This document shows, one piece after another, positions 1-9,467 of a DNA stretch of 64,000 nucleotides (its first letter is position 1; every line of letters begins with the position of its first letter). The position numbers and the translations under genes are program-made. Below the pieces are notes generated by a model. The model searched no databases and was not told the DNA's origin. It saw only the letters and a program-made list of their open reading frames with translations. The stretch comes from Candidatus Marinacidobacterium sp. (GTDB lineage: Bacteria; Acidobacteriota; Vicinamibacteria; Marinacidobacterales; Marinacidobacteraceae), in NCBI GenBank assembly GCA_965204755.1, contig OZ242011.1:2464001-2528000 (forward strand), written 5' to 3'.

Positions 1-5
1 GATTC

Positions 6-530
6 GTGTTCCTTGTACGCCGGATCCGCTTGGCGAAGTGGCCGAAGACCTACACCGAAGCGGCAGCCGGCCGCATTTCTGCGGATGCGATCACTGCCGA
101 CCTCCGCACCTCAGGGAATTGCCTGTCCTTCTGGACCTGCGATCGGGATGACCAGATCGAGAGCGTGGCGCTCGCGATCGCCGCGGCGGCAGACCGACTC
201 GACCGGATCGATGTCGTGTGGATCGAGGATGAGGAGCGCCGATTCTCCCGTTATCGACGGCTCTCGACACCGGGCGAGACACCGGTCGCGGAATGGAGAA
301 CGCGCCATCTGGACATCGCCGGCCTCGATCATGAGGGCTTGGGGGTCGTGGCGTTGGCGGTCGCCCGCTCCATTGCGGCGAAGCGCTGTCGCCGTTTGCC
401 GGCGCTCCGCGTGAAGGAACGGCTCGCAGATGCCGTTTCTGACGGCGCGTTGAGTTTGGATGCGCTCGATCCCCGGATTCGGGACAAAGTTCAGGCGACC
501 GTGGAGAGGCGGGAGGAGCCGCTGTCGTAG
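6..530 (+). CDS. Hypothetical protein (174 aa), lower GC than neighbours
   Basis: Clean ORF with globular composition (LVRRI...ADAITADLRTSGNCLSFW...GETP...HLDI); GTG start near the window edge, so the upstream context is unseen. Confidence 0.75.
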   Translation: MFLVRRIRLAKWPKTYTEAAAGRISADAITADLRTSGNCLSFWTCDRDDQIESVALAIAAAADRLDRIDVVWIEDEERRFSRYRRLSTPGETPVAEWRTRHLDIAGLDHEGLGVVALAVARSIAAKRCRRLPALRVKERLADAVSDGALSLDALDPRIRDKVQATVERREEPLS

Positions 531-554
531 TCGCGGTCTAATCTCCGGTTTCCC

Positions 555-3500
555 ATGCGGCCCCTCGCCCTCCTGCTCCTCCCGGCCGCGGCGGCCCTCG
601 CCCTCGCCCCGGCGGCCCGCGGACAGACACCGCCCCCCGACCCTGACGACCTCCACGCCCTCGAGTGGCGTTTCATCGGCCCCGACGGGAACCGGCTCAG
701 CGCCGCGGTCGGCGTCCCCGGAAACCCGGACATCACCTTCTTCGGCGCGGCTTCCGGCGGCGTCTGGCGCACCGACGACGGCGGCGTCACCTGGGCGCCG
801 GTCTTCGACGACCGGGACGCGGCCTCCATCAGCGCCCTCGCGGTCGCGCCGTCCGACCCGGCGCAGGTCTGGGCCGGAACCGGCGAGACCTTCATCATCC
901 GCCCGGCGCTCGCCATGGGGAACGGGATCTACCGCTCCACCGACGGCGGCCGCTCCTTCCACCACCGGGGCCTCGAAGCCACCGGCCGGATCGCCCGCAT
1001 CCTGGTCCACCCCCGGGACCCCGACCGGGTGTACGCCTGCGCCCTCGGCCACTCCTACTCACCGCAGCCGGAGCGCGGGGTGTACCGGACCACGGACGGC
1101 GGCGCGAACTGGGAACTGGTCCTCCACGCCGACGAACACACCGGCTGCTCCGACCTGGCGCTCGACCTGCGGAACCCGGACCGGATGCTCGCCGGGATGT
1201 GGCAACTCCGGATCGACACCGACGGCCTCCGGAGCGGCGGCCCGGGCAGCGGGATCTACCGCTCCGCCGACGGCGGAGACACCTGGGAACTCCTCTCCGG
1301 CGCCGGAAAGTCCCTCCCCGGCGGGGAAGACCACCCGATCGGGAAGGTCGCGGTGGCCATCGCCCCGAGCGAGCCCGACCGTTGGTACGCCCTGGTCGAG
1401 GACGAGAGCCCCGGCTTCTACCGCTCCGACGACGCCGGCGAGTCCTGGCGGCTCGTCCGCACCGACCACGACCTGGCGGAGCGCGCTCCCTACTATGTCC
1501 GCTTCGCGGTGGACTCCGGGGACGCCGACCGCCTCTACTTCGCCTCGGTGCTCTTCTCCACCTCGGTGGACGGCGGCGCCACGCTGGTGGAGACCTCCTA
1601 CCGGGCCGGCGGCGACAACCACGATGTCTGGGTGGATCCGCTCCTCCCCGGCCGCGTCCTGGTGGCCCACGACGGCGGCGGCAGCATCTCCCTCGACCGG
1701 GGCGCCTCCTGGCGCCGCGTCGTTCCGCCGGTCGCGCAGATGTACCAACTCACCGTGGACGACCGGATCCCCTACCGGGTGTACGGCAACCGCCAGGACG
1801 GCTACTCCTACCGGGGGCCCAGCCGCACGACGGGCGGCGGCATCCCGCTGGCCGCCTGGCAGGGGGTCGGCGGCTGCGAGAGCGGGTGGGCGACGCCGGA
1901 ACCCGGGAACGACCGGTTCGTGTGGTCCGGCTGCTACGACGGCGGCCTCGAGGTGTACGACGACGACACCGGCCACACCCGCGATGTCCGGGTCTGGCCG
2001 GAGGCCGGCTACGGCTGGGCGCCCGCGGACCTCGAAGTCCGCTGGCACTGGAACTTCCCGATGGTCCTGTCGAAGCACGAACCGGGAACCGTCTGGGTGG
2101 GCAGCCAGCAGGTCCACGAGAGCCGCGACCGGGGCCAGTCCTGGCGGCGGATCAGCCCCGACCTCACCACGAACGACAAGTCCCGGCAGCAGGACTCCGG
2201 CGGGGTCACCGTGGACAATCTCTACACCTTCGACGGGGCGGTGCTCTTCGCGCTCGCCGAGTCGCCGCTCGCGCCGGGCCAACTCTGGGCCGGAAGCGTG
2301 GACGGCAAACTCCACCTCACCACCGACGGCGGGGAGACCTGGCTCGACCGGAGCGCCGCGGTCCCGCTGGACGAGGGCGGCCTCGATGTGGAGAGTTGGA
2401 TCAAGTCCATCGAACCGAGCCATCACGATCCGGAGACCGCCTACCTGGCGGTCAGCCGTCACCAGCACGGCGACTTCCGCCCCCACCTGTTCCGCACCCG
2501 CGACCTCGGGGAGACTTGGGAACCCGTCGGCGCCGGCATCCCCGAGTCGCCCTTTTCGTTCGTCCATGTGATTCGCGAAGACCCGAAGCGCGCCGGGATG
2601 CTCTTCGCCGGAACCGAGAACCAGGTCTGGGCCAGCCTCGACGACGGCGGCTCGTGGTTCTCCCTGCGCCGGAACATGCCGCCCGCGCCGATCTACGGCC
2701 TGGCGGTCCAGGCGAGGTTCGACGACCTCGTGGCGGCGACCTACGGGCGCGGCTTCTACATCCTGGACGGCATCGGCCCGCTGCGGGAGATGGCGGCGCC
2801 GACCGACGACCCGTTGCGGGTGTTCGAGCCGCCGCCGGCTTGGCGCTTCCTGCCCCGGCAGGGCCCGAAGACCGAGCCGGGGAGCCTGGTGACCGGGCAG
2901 AATCCGCCCTACGGCGCGGCGATCTCCTACCGCATCGCGGCGGAAGCGGCGTCGGACGACCCGGCGAAGATCGAAATCCTGGACGAGGAGGGGGAGGTCT
3001 TGCGGACGCTCACCGGCCCCGGGGGCGCCGGGCTCCACCGCGTCCACTGGGATCTCCGCCGCGAGGCGCCGAAGCGCGCCACGCTGCGCACCCGCCCTCC
3101 CGACCGGGACTGGGTGCGGCTCGGGGAGGACGGCGAGAGGTCCATCCGCACCTGGGACCTGGACATCTTTCCCGGCTACCGGGGCGCGCTCGTTCCCCCG
3201 GGCGCCTACCGGGCGCGGGTGGCCGCCGCCGGCGAAACGGCCGAAGCCCCGGTCGAGGCGCGGAAGGATCCGGCGTCCGCCGGTACGCCCGAGGACATCC
3301 GGGAGCAGTACCGGTTCCTGCTCGCCATCCACCGGCAACTGGACCGGCTGGCGGAGATCGTGGACGAACTGGAATGGCTCCGGTTCGAGATCGAAGCGCT
3401 CGAGAAGCGTTACGCCGGGGATTCCCGATTCGAGGCGGTGCTGGAGAGCGCCGGCGAGATCGCCGGGACCGCCCTCGCCATCGAGGGGCGGTTCTTCGAT

Positions 3501-3815
3501 GTGGGGTTGACCGGCGCGCGGGAGGACGCCTTCCGGGCGCCGATGCGCCTCTACGGCCGCCTCGGCGCTTTGGCGAACGACGCCGGTTGGGACGGCGCCG
3601 ACTTCCGCCCGACCGACGCGCAGCGCGAGGTGCACCGGATCCTCACCGAGCGCTTCGAGGCGGCGGAGTCGGAGTACCGCCGTCTCACCGAAGAACTTCT
3701 TCCTCCGTTCTGGCGTTCCCTGGCCGAGGCGCGCGCCGCCGCGGCTCGTCCCGAGGAACGCCCGTCCGCTCCTCCGGGGTCGGCCGGCCCGTCCGCGCCG
3801 CCGGAGCCGCGATAA
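555..3815 (+). CDS. Secreted BNR/Asp-box repeat (VPS10/sortilin-like) glycosyl hydrolase-like protein
   Basis: Signal peptide; many S/T-x-D-G-G-x-T/S-W Asp boxes (TDDGGVTW, TTDGGANW, SADGGDTW, SLDDGGSW); WRFIGP N-terminal motif; C-terminal coiled coil. Confidence 0.9.
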   Translation: MRPLALLLLPAAAALALAPAARGQTPPPDPDDLHALEWRFIGPDGNRLSAAVGVPGNPDITFFGAASGGVWRTDDGGVTWAPVFDDRDAASISALAVAPSDPAQVWAGTGETFIIRPALAMGNGIYRSTDGGRSFHHRGLEATGRIARILVHPRDPDRVYACALGHSYSPQPERGVYRTTDGGANWELVLHADEHTGCSDLALDLRNPDRMLAGMWQLRIDTDGLRSGGPGSGIYRSADGGDTWELLSGAGKSLPGGEDHPIGKVAVAIAPSEPDRWYALVEDESPGFYRSDDAGESWRLVRTDHDLAERAPYYVRFAVDSGDADRLYFASVLFSTSVDGGATLVETSYRAGGDNHDVWVDPLLPGRVLVAHDGGGSISLDRGASWRRVVPPVAQMYQLTVDDRIPYRVYGNRQDGYSYRGPSRTTGGGIPLAAWQGVGGCESGWATPEPGNDRFVWSGCYDGGLEVYDDDTGHTRDVRVWPEAGYGWAPADLEVRWHWNFPMVLSKHEPGTVWVGSQQVHESRDRGQSWRRISPDLTTNDKSRQQDSGGVTVDNLYTFDGAVLFALAESPLAPGQLWAGSVDGKLHLTTDGGETWLDRSAAVPLDEGGLDVESWIKSIEPSHHDPETAYLAVSRHQHGDFRPHLFRTRDLGETWEPVGAGIPESPFSFVHVIREDPKRAGMLFAGTENQVWASLDDGGSWFSLRRNMPPAPIYGLAVQARFDDLVAATYGRGFYILDGIGPLREMAAPTDDPLRVFEPPPAWRFLPRQGPKTEPGSLVTGQNPPYGAAISYRIAAEAASDDPAKIEILDEEGEVLRTLTGPGGAGLHRVHWDLRREAPKRATLRTRPPDRDWVRLGEDGERSIRTWDLDIFPGYRGALVPPGAYRARVAAAGETAEAPVEARKDPASAGTPEDIREQYRFLLAIHRQLDRLAEIVDELEWLRFEIEALEKRYAGDSRFEAVLESAGEIAGTALAIEGRFFDVGLTGAREDAFRAPMRLYGRLGALANDAGWDGADFRPTDAQREVHRILTERFEAAESEYRRLTEELLPPFWRSLAEARAAAARPEERPSAPPGSAGPSAPPEPR

Positions 3816-3922
3816 CGGCCTGACCGGATGCCCTCCCCGCCTCTCCGCGCCGCCGCCCGTCCCCGTCCCGCCCGGCGGTTCGTCCGCCCCGCCGCGACCC
3901 ATCCGCGGCCGCCCGCGTCGAG

Positions 3923-5554
3923 TTGACCTCGCCTCCGCCCCCCCGCTTCGGGTTCCGCAACCTGGCGGCCTTCGCCGGGCTCGCGGCGTGGGCCTACTAC
4001 GCGGCGGTCTCCGAGGTGGACCTCGGCCTGCCCGGCGCCTCCGCCCGCGCCCTGATCGAGGGGCTCTCGTGGCAGGCGCTGTGGTTCGTCCCGGTGGGGG
4101 CGCTCTCCGCCCTGGCGCTTCCCCGGCCCCGCTCGCTCTTCTACCACTTGGTCTTCGGCTTCCTGCCGTCGGCGGCCCTCGGCGCGGTGGTCGTGGCGCT
4201 CATCGCCCAGGCCCCGGCGGAGGCCCCCTGGAGCGTCCTGGAGAACCCGACCGCGCCGCCCCTGCTGCCCCTGCTCGCGCCGCTGGCGGGGATGGTCATC
4301 GGGGCGCTCATCGGCCTGGTGCTGGCGCGCGGCGTCGGTTCCGCGCTGATGCTGATCCCGGTGCTGCTGGGGGTCGGGGTCGTCCTGGTGGCGATCGCCG
4401 CGGTGGCGCTCCTGCTGCTCACCGACCGGGTGGCGGTCGCGGAACCGTCCCGCCCGCCTGCGGACGGCGCCCTCTCCGCCCGGCTCCATCCGGGCGCCGG
4501 CGCCGCCGGGATCTCCTCGCTCTTCCAGAGCGCCCTGTTGCTGGAAGACGAGGAGTTGGAACTCGCGGTCTCGCTTCCCTGGGAAGCGCCGCTCCTCGGG
4601 GAGCGGTTCTTCAACTTCACCGCGACCGCGTCTCCCTGGATCGGCGCCACCCAGTTCCACGCCGGACTCCGCACGCTGTCGGTCGGCGGAGTCGGGCTGC
4701 CGCAGAGCGGGGTCCAACTGGCCTCCGACCTCCTGTCCCGTTGGTTGACCGGCGACCCGCTGGCGATGGGCGGCTCCGGCCTGGCGCCGGTGGAGTCGGT
4801 CTGGATGGACGGCTCGCGGGTGCTGGTCCGGCTGGCCGGGGAGGAGGCCGCGGAGGCGCTCGGCGCGCTCGCGCCGTCGGTCTCGTTCTATCTCGACTCG
4901 CTCTCCGGCGAAGCGGACGCCATCCGCGCCCGGCGAAGCCGGCTGGCCGCGGCCGTCGGACGGGCGTTCGCGTTGGCCCGGGGGCGTTCCGCGGAGGAGG
5001 GGGCGTTGGAGCAGAACCGCGCCGTCCTGCTCGCCCTCGGCGCCGCCGGGGGACATCCTTCGCTGCTGAGTCTCGCCGGAATGCCGGCGGCGGTGGAGCC
5101 CGCCCGCCGCCTCGGCGAGTCGCTCGGCCTCACCCTCCACGGGCGGAACGACTGGGCCCGCCATTTCCTGCTGAGCGCCGGACTGACCCAGGTCGGCGAA
5201 GGCGGCCTCACCGCCGGCGCCGGGCTGCTCAAGGAGCGCCTCGACGCCGCCCCCGGCGGGAGCGGCTTTTCGTTCACCGACCTCCTGATGGACGCCGCCG
5301 GCGCCCGCTTCGGCGCCGCCGCCACCGAGGACGAGCCCTCCGCCCGCGCGCTCCAGGCCCGCCTCGCGGAAGGCGTCACCGACGCCGACCTCGCCCCGTC
5401 GCCCATCGGAATCGCCGACCTCGCCCCGCCCGCCGGCGCGGAGGCCGGCGGCCCCCCGGCGGCCGAGTTGCTCGCCATGGAACGCGAGATCGCCCGCCGC
5501 GTGGACGCCCTCCACCTCTACCGCCCCGCCGAACCCCCCGAAGGCGACCGCTGA
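3923..5554 (+). CDS. Membrane protein with about 5 N-terminal TM helices and a C-terminal YfiM-like domain
   Basis: Hydrophobic N-terminal third; C-terminal motif DWARHFLLSA...GLLKERLDA..GGSGFSFTDLLMDAAG; TTG start uncertain. Confidence 0.7.
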   Translation: MTSPPPPRFGFRNLAAFAGLAAWAYYAAVSEVDLGLPGASARALIEGLSWQALWFVPVGALSALALPRPRSLFYHLVFGFLPSAALGAVVVALIAQAPAEAPWSVLENPTAPPLLPLLAPLAGMVIGALIGLVLARGVGSALMLIPVLLGVGVVLVAIAAVALLLLTDRVAVAEPSRPPADGALSARLHPGAGAAGISSLFQSALLLEDEELELAVSLPWEAPLLGERFFNFTATASPWIGATQFHAGLRTLSVGGVGLPQSGVQLASDLLSRWLTGDPLAMGGSGLAPVESVWMDGSRVLVRLAGEEAAEALGALAPSVSFYLDSLSGEADAIRARRSRLAAAVGRAFALARGRSAEEGALEQNRAVLLALGAAGGHPSLLSLAGMPAAVEPARRLGESLGLTLHGRNDWARHFLLSAGLTQVGEGGLTAGAGLLKERLDAAPGGSGFSFTDLLMDAAGARFGAAATEDEPSARALQARLAEGVTDADLAPSPIGIADLAPPAGAEAGGPPAAELLAMEREIARRVDALHLYRPAEPPEGDR

Positions 5555-5703
5555 GGATCCGGGACGAACGACCCGGACGGACGCAGAGGGCGGTCGTGTT
5601 CGTCGCCGCGAGAGTCCCGGTCAGGGACGATCTCCCCTTCGAGTTCGGCGTCACCTTCCATCAGTTGCCGCGGGAATCCGCCGCTCACGGGTACATCCGG
5701 TGA
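5555..5703 (+). pseudogene. Probable C-terminal remnant of a type III Mod methyltransferase
   Basis: Frame reads RIRDERPGRTQRAVVFVAARVPVRDDLPFEFGVTFHQLPRE..*; its TGA overlaps the Res start (GTGATG); resembles the LVFA...GITFCQLP tail recalled for Mod subunits preceding this Res type. Confidence 0.55.
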
Positions 5704-8237
5704 TGGAACTGAAGAAGTACCAGCGTGGGGCGCTGGCCGCGTTCGTCCGGTGGCGGGAAGGGCTGGAGGAAGCGCGGGAAGAAACCGGGAAGCGCGTGGC
5801 GGTGTTGGAGGAGGCGGGGATGTCCGTGTCGGAGGGTGACCGGAATTTCCCGCGCCGGGCGTGGAAGCGGTTCTGCGAAACGGAGGAAGGCGGGGCGCGG
5901 AGGCCGCATGTGGATCGGGCGGACGAGGCCGGGCGTCCGATTCCCCACATCTGCTTCAAGATCCCGACCGGCGGCGGCAAGACGCTCCTCGGCGCGGCGG
6001 CGCTGGGGCGGCTGCGGGAGCAGACCGGCCTCGTCCTGTGGATCGTGCCCAGCCGGGCCATCTACGCGCAGACGAAGGCTGCCTTCTGGAACAAGGAGCA
6101 TCCGTACCGGCAACTCTTGGAGCGGGAAACCGGCGGTCGCGTGAAGGTGCTCGAGAAAGACGACCGGTTCACCGCGAACGACCTCGAACACCACTTCTGC
6201 CTGATGCTCCTGATGCTGCCGGCGGCCAACCGGCAGAAGGGCCGGGAGTTCCTGCGAATGTTCCGCGACTCCGGCCGCTATCCCACGCTCTTCCCCGACG
6301 CCGGCGACGAACCGGCGAACGATGCCCTGCGCGACCGATTCCCGGATCTCGACCTCCATGACGATCATTCGGTCAAACACAGCCTCTTCAATGTGTTCAA
6401 GATGAGCCGGCCGGTGGTCGTCCTCGACGAGGCGCACAAGGCTTACGGAGGCAAGGGCGCGCGGGAATTCGTCCGATCGGTCAACCGCCTCGACCCCCGC
6501 CTGGTGATCGAACTGTCGGCCACGCCGAACGCGGCCGTCAGCAATCTCCTGGTGGACATCTCGGGCGTGGATCTCAAGAAGGAACAGATGATCAAGTTGC
6601 CCGTGGAAGTCACCGCCGTGAGTGACACGGGCTGGCGCGAGACGCTGGCGCTGGCGCACGCCCGCCTCGAGGAGTTGACGGAAGAGGCCGGCGCGCTCGA
6701 AGGCGCCGAGGGACGGTATATCCGGCCCATCGCCGTCGTGCGGGTGGAGCGAACCGGGAAGGACCAGCGTGACGGCGTGCGGGTCCACGCCGAGGATGTG
6801 CGGGAGCGGCTGACTCGCTACCTGGCCGTACCCGAGGAGGCCGTGCGCGTGAAGTCGGCGGCGCAGGACGAAATCGCCCGCGAGGACCTCCTCTCGAAGT
6901 ACTCGCCGGTGCGCTGGATCATCACCAAGGCGGCGTTGATGGAGGGGTGGGACTGCCCCTTCGCCTATCTCCTGGTGATGCTGGACAACACCCGGAGCGA
7001 GCGGGCGCTGACCCAACTCGTCGGCCGGGTGATGCGCCAGCCGTACGCCCGGCGAACGGGCCGGGCCGCGCTCGACCGGTGCTATGTGCATAGTTGGCAG
7101 ACCGCCGTGGACACCGCGATACGCCAGGTCAAGGCCGGACTGGAGCACGAAGGGCTCACCGGCCTCGGCGGCGATGTGACCGCGGTCGGCGCGGCCCTTC
7201 CGGAACGCGTGACGGTGCGCCGCCAAGCAAAATTCCGGAACCGGCAGATCTTCCTGCCCCTGGTGCTCCATCGCCGGGGAGAGGGTGATTGGTCGGATCT
7301 CGACTATCAGCGACACATCCTGCCGGAGATCCCGTGGGGCGATCTCGAAGCCACGGTCGCTTCGGAACTTCCGACCACCCGGGACGGAGCGGTCGCCGAG
7401 ACCGTCGTCGTCGGTCTCGGCGACGAGGAGTCGGAGCCGGCGCGGCGGGCGAAACTCGAAGTGGACACCACGATCACCGTCGAGTGGTTCGCGCGGCAAC
7501 TCGCGGATCTCATCCCGAACCCGTGGCAGTCGGCGCGACTCGCCGGCGAGGTCATCGAACGGCTTCGCGCGCGGCTCGCCGCCCACGACCTCGGGGACGA
7601 CGAGTTCTACGCCCAGCGCCGGGCGCAGTTGTTCGCGCTGCGTCGGGGACTGGAGGAGCAGATCGGATGTTTCGCGGAACAGGTATTCCGGCGCAAGTTG
7701 AAAGACGGTGAGATCCGATTCGATCTCCTGGCCAGCGAGCCGAACTTCCGGGTCGTGGAGGGCTTCGAGCGCGACCTGCTGCCGGACGACCGCACGCTCG
7801 AACGCCGACCGGGCGCACCGGCGCAGAAGAGCCTGTTCGAGGCCCCCATCGAGCGCGATTTCAACGGTCTGGAAAAGAAGTTCGCCTTCTACCTGGACCA
7901 GCGGGCGGCGATCTCGTGGTGGCACCGCGTGGCCGTCCGGCAACAGCACGAGTACTACCTTCGCGGCTGGAACCGGGACCGGATCTGGCCGGACTTCGTC
8001 GCCATGTCGGACGAGCCGGACGGCAGTCGGCGCCTGTTCGTCTTCGAGACGAAAGGGACGCATCTCGAAGGCAACGAGGACACCGAGTACAAGCGCAGCG
8101 TGTTCGCCACGCTCGAGGAGTGGTTGGACCGCGAGGACACTTACGAGTGCGGGGCCGTGGAACTCGAACGGGGCGCGGAGACCGCCAAGTTCCGGCTCGT
8201 GTTCAACGAGGAGCGGTTCGACGAAGCGCTCGCGTGA
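5700..8237 (+). CDS. Type III restriction enzyme Res subunit (SF2 helicase + PD-(D/E)xK nuclease)
   Basis: Walker A PTGGGKT, Walker B LDEAH, LSATP, MEGWD, QLVGRVMR; C-terminal WPDF...FETKG nuclease motif. Confidence 0.88.
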   Translation: MMELKKYQRGALAAFVRWREGLEEAREETGKRVAVLEEAGMSVSEGDRNFPRRAWKRFCETEEGGARRPHVDRADEAGRPIPHICFKIPTGGGKTLLGAAALGRLREQTGLVLWIVPSRAIYAQTKAAFWNKEHPYRQLLERETGGRVKVLEKDDRFTANDLEHHFCLMLLMLPAANRQKGREFLRMFRDSGRYPTLFPDAGDEPANDALRDRFPDLDLHDDHSVKHSLFNVFKMSRPVVVLDEAHKAYGGKGAREFVRSVNRLDPRLVIELSATPNAAVSNLLVDISGVDLKKEQMIKLPVEVTAVSDTGWRETLALAHARLEELTEEAGALEGAEGRYIRPIAVVRVERTGKDQRDGVRVHAEDVRERLTRYLAVPEEAVRVKSAAQDEIAREDLLSKYSPVRWIITKAALMEGWDCPFAYLLVMLDNTRSERALTQLVGRVMRQPYARRTGRAALDRCYVHSWQTAVDTAIRQVKAGLEHEGLTGLGGDVTAVGAALPERVTVRRQAKFRNRQIFLPLVLHRRGEGDWSDLDYQRHILPEIPWGDLEATVASELPTTRDGAVAETVVVGLGDEESEPARRAKLEVDTTITVEWFARQLADLIPNPWQSARLAGEVIERLRARLAAHDLGDDEFYAQRRAQLFALRRGLEEQIGCFAEQVFRRKLKDGEIRFDLLASEPNFRVVEGFERDLLPDDRTLERRPGAPAQKSLFEAPIERDFNGLEKKFAFYLDQRAAISWWHRVAVRQQHEYYLRGWNRDRIWPDFVAMSDEPDGSRRLFVFETKGTHLEGNEDTEYKRSVFATLEEWLDREDTYECGAVELERGAETAKFRLVFNEERFDEALA

Positions 8238-8343
8238 CCCGGTCGTCTCGCCCGGGCGGGCGGTCGAACTCCGGCGGGCATCGGCGGCCTCCGCGGGCTC
8301 CGCGACAGTCGGGAGGCGCCGGTCGAGCGACTGTGTTTCGGCG

Positions 8344-9273
8344 ATGAACCCGCCTCGTCTCCAAGGCGGTCCTGCCCGCGCCGATGACGCGCCGGGGCGT
8401 CGCGCCCGCTCCCTCGCGCCCCTCGCCGCGGGGCTCCTCCTCGGTCTCGTCGCCGGCGGCTGCGGGCGGGATTCCGGGGGCGTCTCCCCGCCCACGGTCG
8501 CCCCGCCCCCCAACCCGCCGACCCCGCCTCCGACCCCGCCTCGGCCGATCCGGTTGCCGGACGGCGCGGACACGGTGTTCCTCCAAGTCGAGTTGTCGGC
8601 GGGGTTCGTCCCCATCGAGTACTCGATCGGCCGGGCGCCGCTCTACCGGCTGACCGTCGCCGGCGACCTGTTCCACGAAGGCCCCACGCCGGAGATCTAC
8701 CCCGGCCCGCTGCTCCCGAACCTCCGGCATTCCCGGCTCCCGGAGACGGCGCTCGATGAAGTCGTCCGCGCGGTCACCGCCACCGCCCTCGCCGAGACCG
8801 ACGACGAGCAGATCCTGGAATACGCCTCCATCATCGCCGACGCGCCCGTCACCACCTTCATCCTCACCGACCGCGCCGGCGAACACCGCCTGGGCGTTTA
8901 CGCCCTGTCCGCCGGGCCGTTCTCCGACCCGCGGGTGGCGCCGCTGAAAGCGCTCTCGGACACCTTGGGGCGGGTGGCCGGGGAAGCCGAAAGCGAGTCC
9001 TGGCGCGGCGACCGACTGCAGGTGTGGGCGCTCCGGTCCGGCCCCTTCCCCGACCCCGACCTGGCGACCGTGGCGCCGTGGCCGCTCGCCGCGCCGCCGG
9101 CGGCGGCCCGCGCCGACTGCCGGGTGCTGGAGGGCGAGGAGGCCTCCCGCCTCTACGCGCTCTTCAACACGGCGAACCACGGCTATCGGTGGGAGCACGA
9201 AGGGACGCGCTACCAACTCGTCCCCCGCGCGCTGTTCCCGGGCGAGGCCGGCTGCGCCGGCGCCGACCCCTGA
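8344..9273 (+). CDS. Hypothetical lipoprotein with Pro-rich linker
   Basis: Hydrophobic stretch ending in a VAGGC lipobox, then PPPNPPTPPPTPP and a globular domain; start reassigned to ATG 8344 and uncertain. Confidence 0.7.
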   Translation: MNPPRLQGGPARADDAPGRRARSLAPLAAGLLLGLVAGGCGRDSGGVSPPTVAPPPNPPTPPPTPPRPIRLPDGADTVFLQVELSAGFVPIEYSIGRAPLYRLTVAGDLFHEGPTPEIYPGPLLPNLRHSRLPETALDEVVRAVTATALAETDDEQILEYASIIADAPVTTFILTDRAGEHRLGVYALSAGPFSDPRVAPLKALSDTLGRVAGEAESESWRGDRLQVWALRSGPFPDPDLATVAPWPLAAPPAAARADCRVLEGEEASRLYALFNTANHGYRWEHEGTRYQLVPRALFPGEAGCAGADP

Positions 9274-9290
9274 GTCCGCGCGGCGCGGAA

Positions 9291-9320
9291 TTGACAGCGC
9301 GCCGCGGCGGGCGTACGAAT
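9291..9320 (+). promoter_or_regulatory. Putative sigma70 promoter for the small protein-heme oxygenase unit
   Basis: Perfect TTGACA (9291-9296), 17-nt spacer, imperfect -10 TACGAAT, about 10 nt before ATG 9330. Confidence 0.5.
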
Positions 9321-9329
9321 TCCACCCCC

Positions 9330-9467
9330 ATGAAACTCCCCTCGTTCCTCAAGGGACGCGCCGGGCGCGCCGTCGCCGGCGGCGCGTTCGCCTTCTTCCT
9401 GATCAAGGGCCTCGTCTGGCTGGCCATCGCCGCCGCCGCGGCCTGGTCGGCTTTCCGCCTCTCGTGA
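9330..9467 (+). CDS. Small single-TM protein (45 aa) with FFLIKGLVWL motif
   Basis: MKLPSFLKGRAGRAVAGGAFAFFLIKGLVWLAIAAAAAWSAFRLS; stop overlaps the next start (GTGA). Confidence 0.7.
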   Translation: MKLPSFLKGRAGRAVAGGAFAFFLIKGLVWLAIAAAAAWSAFRLS

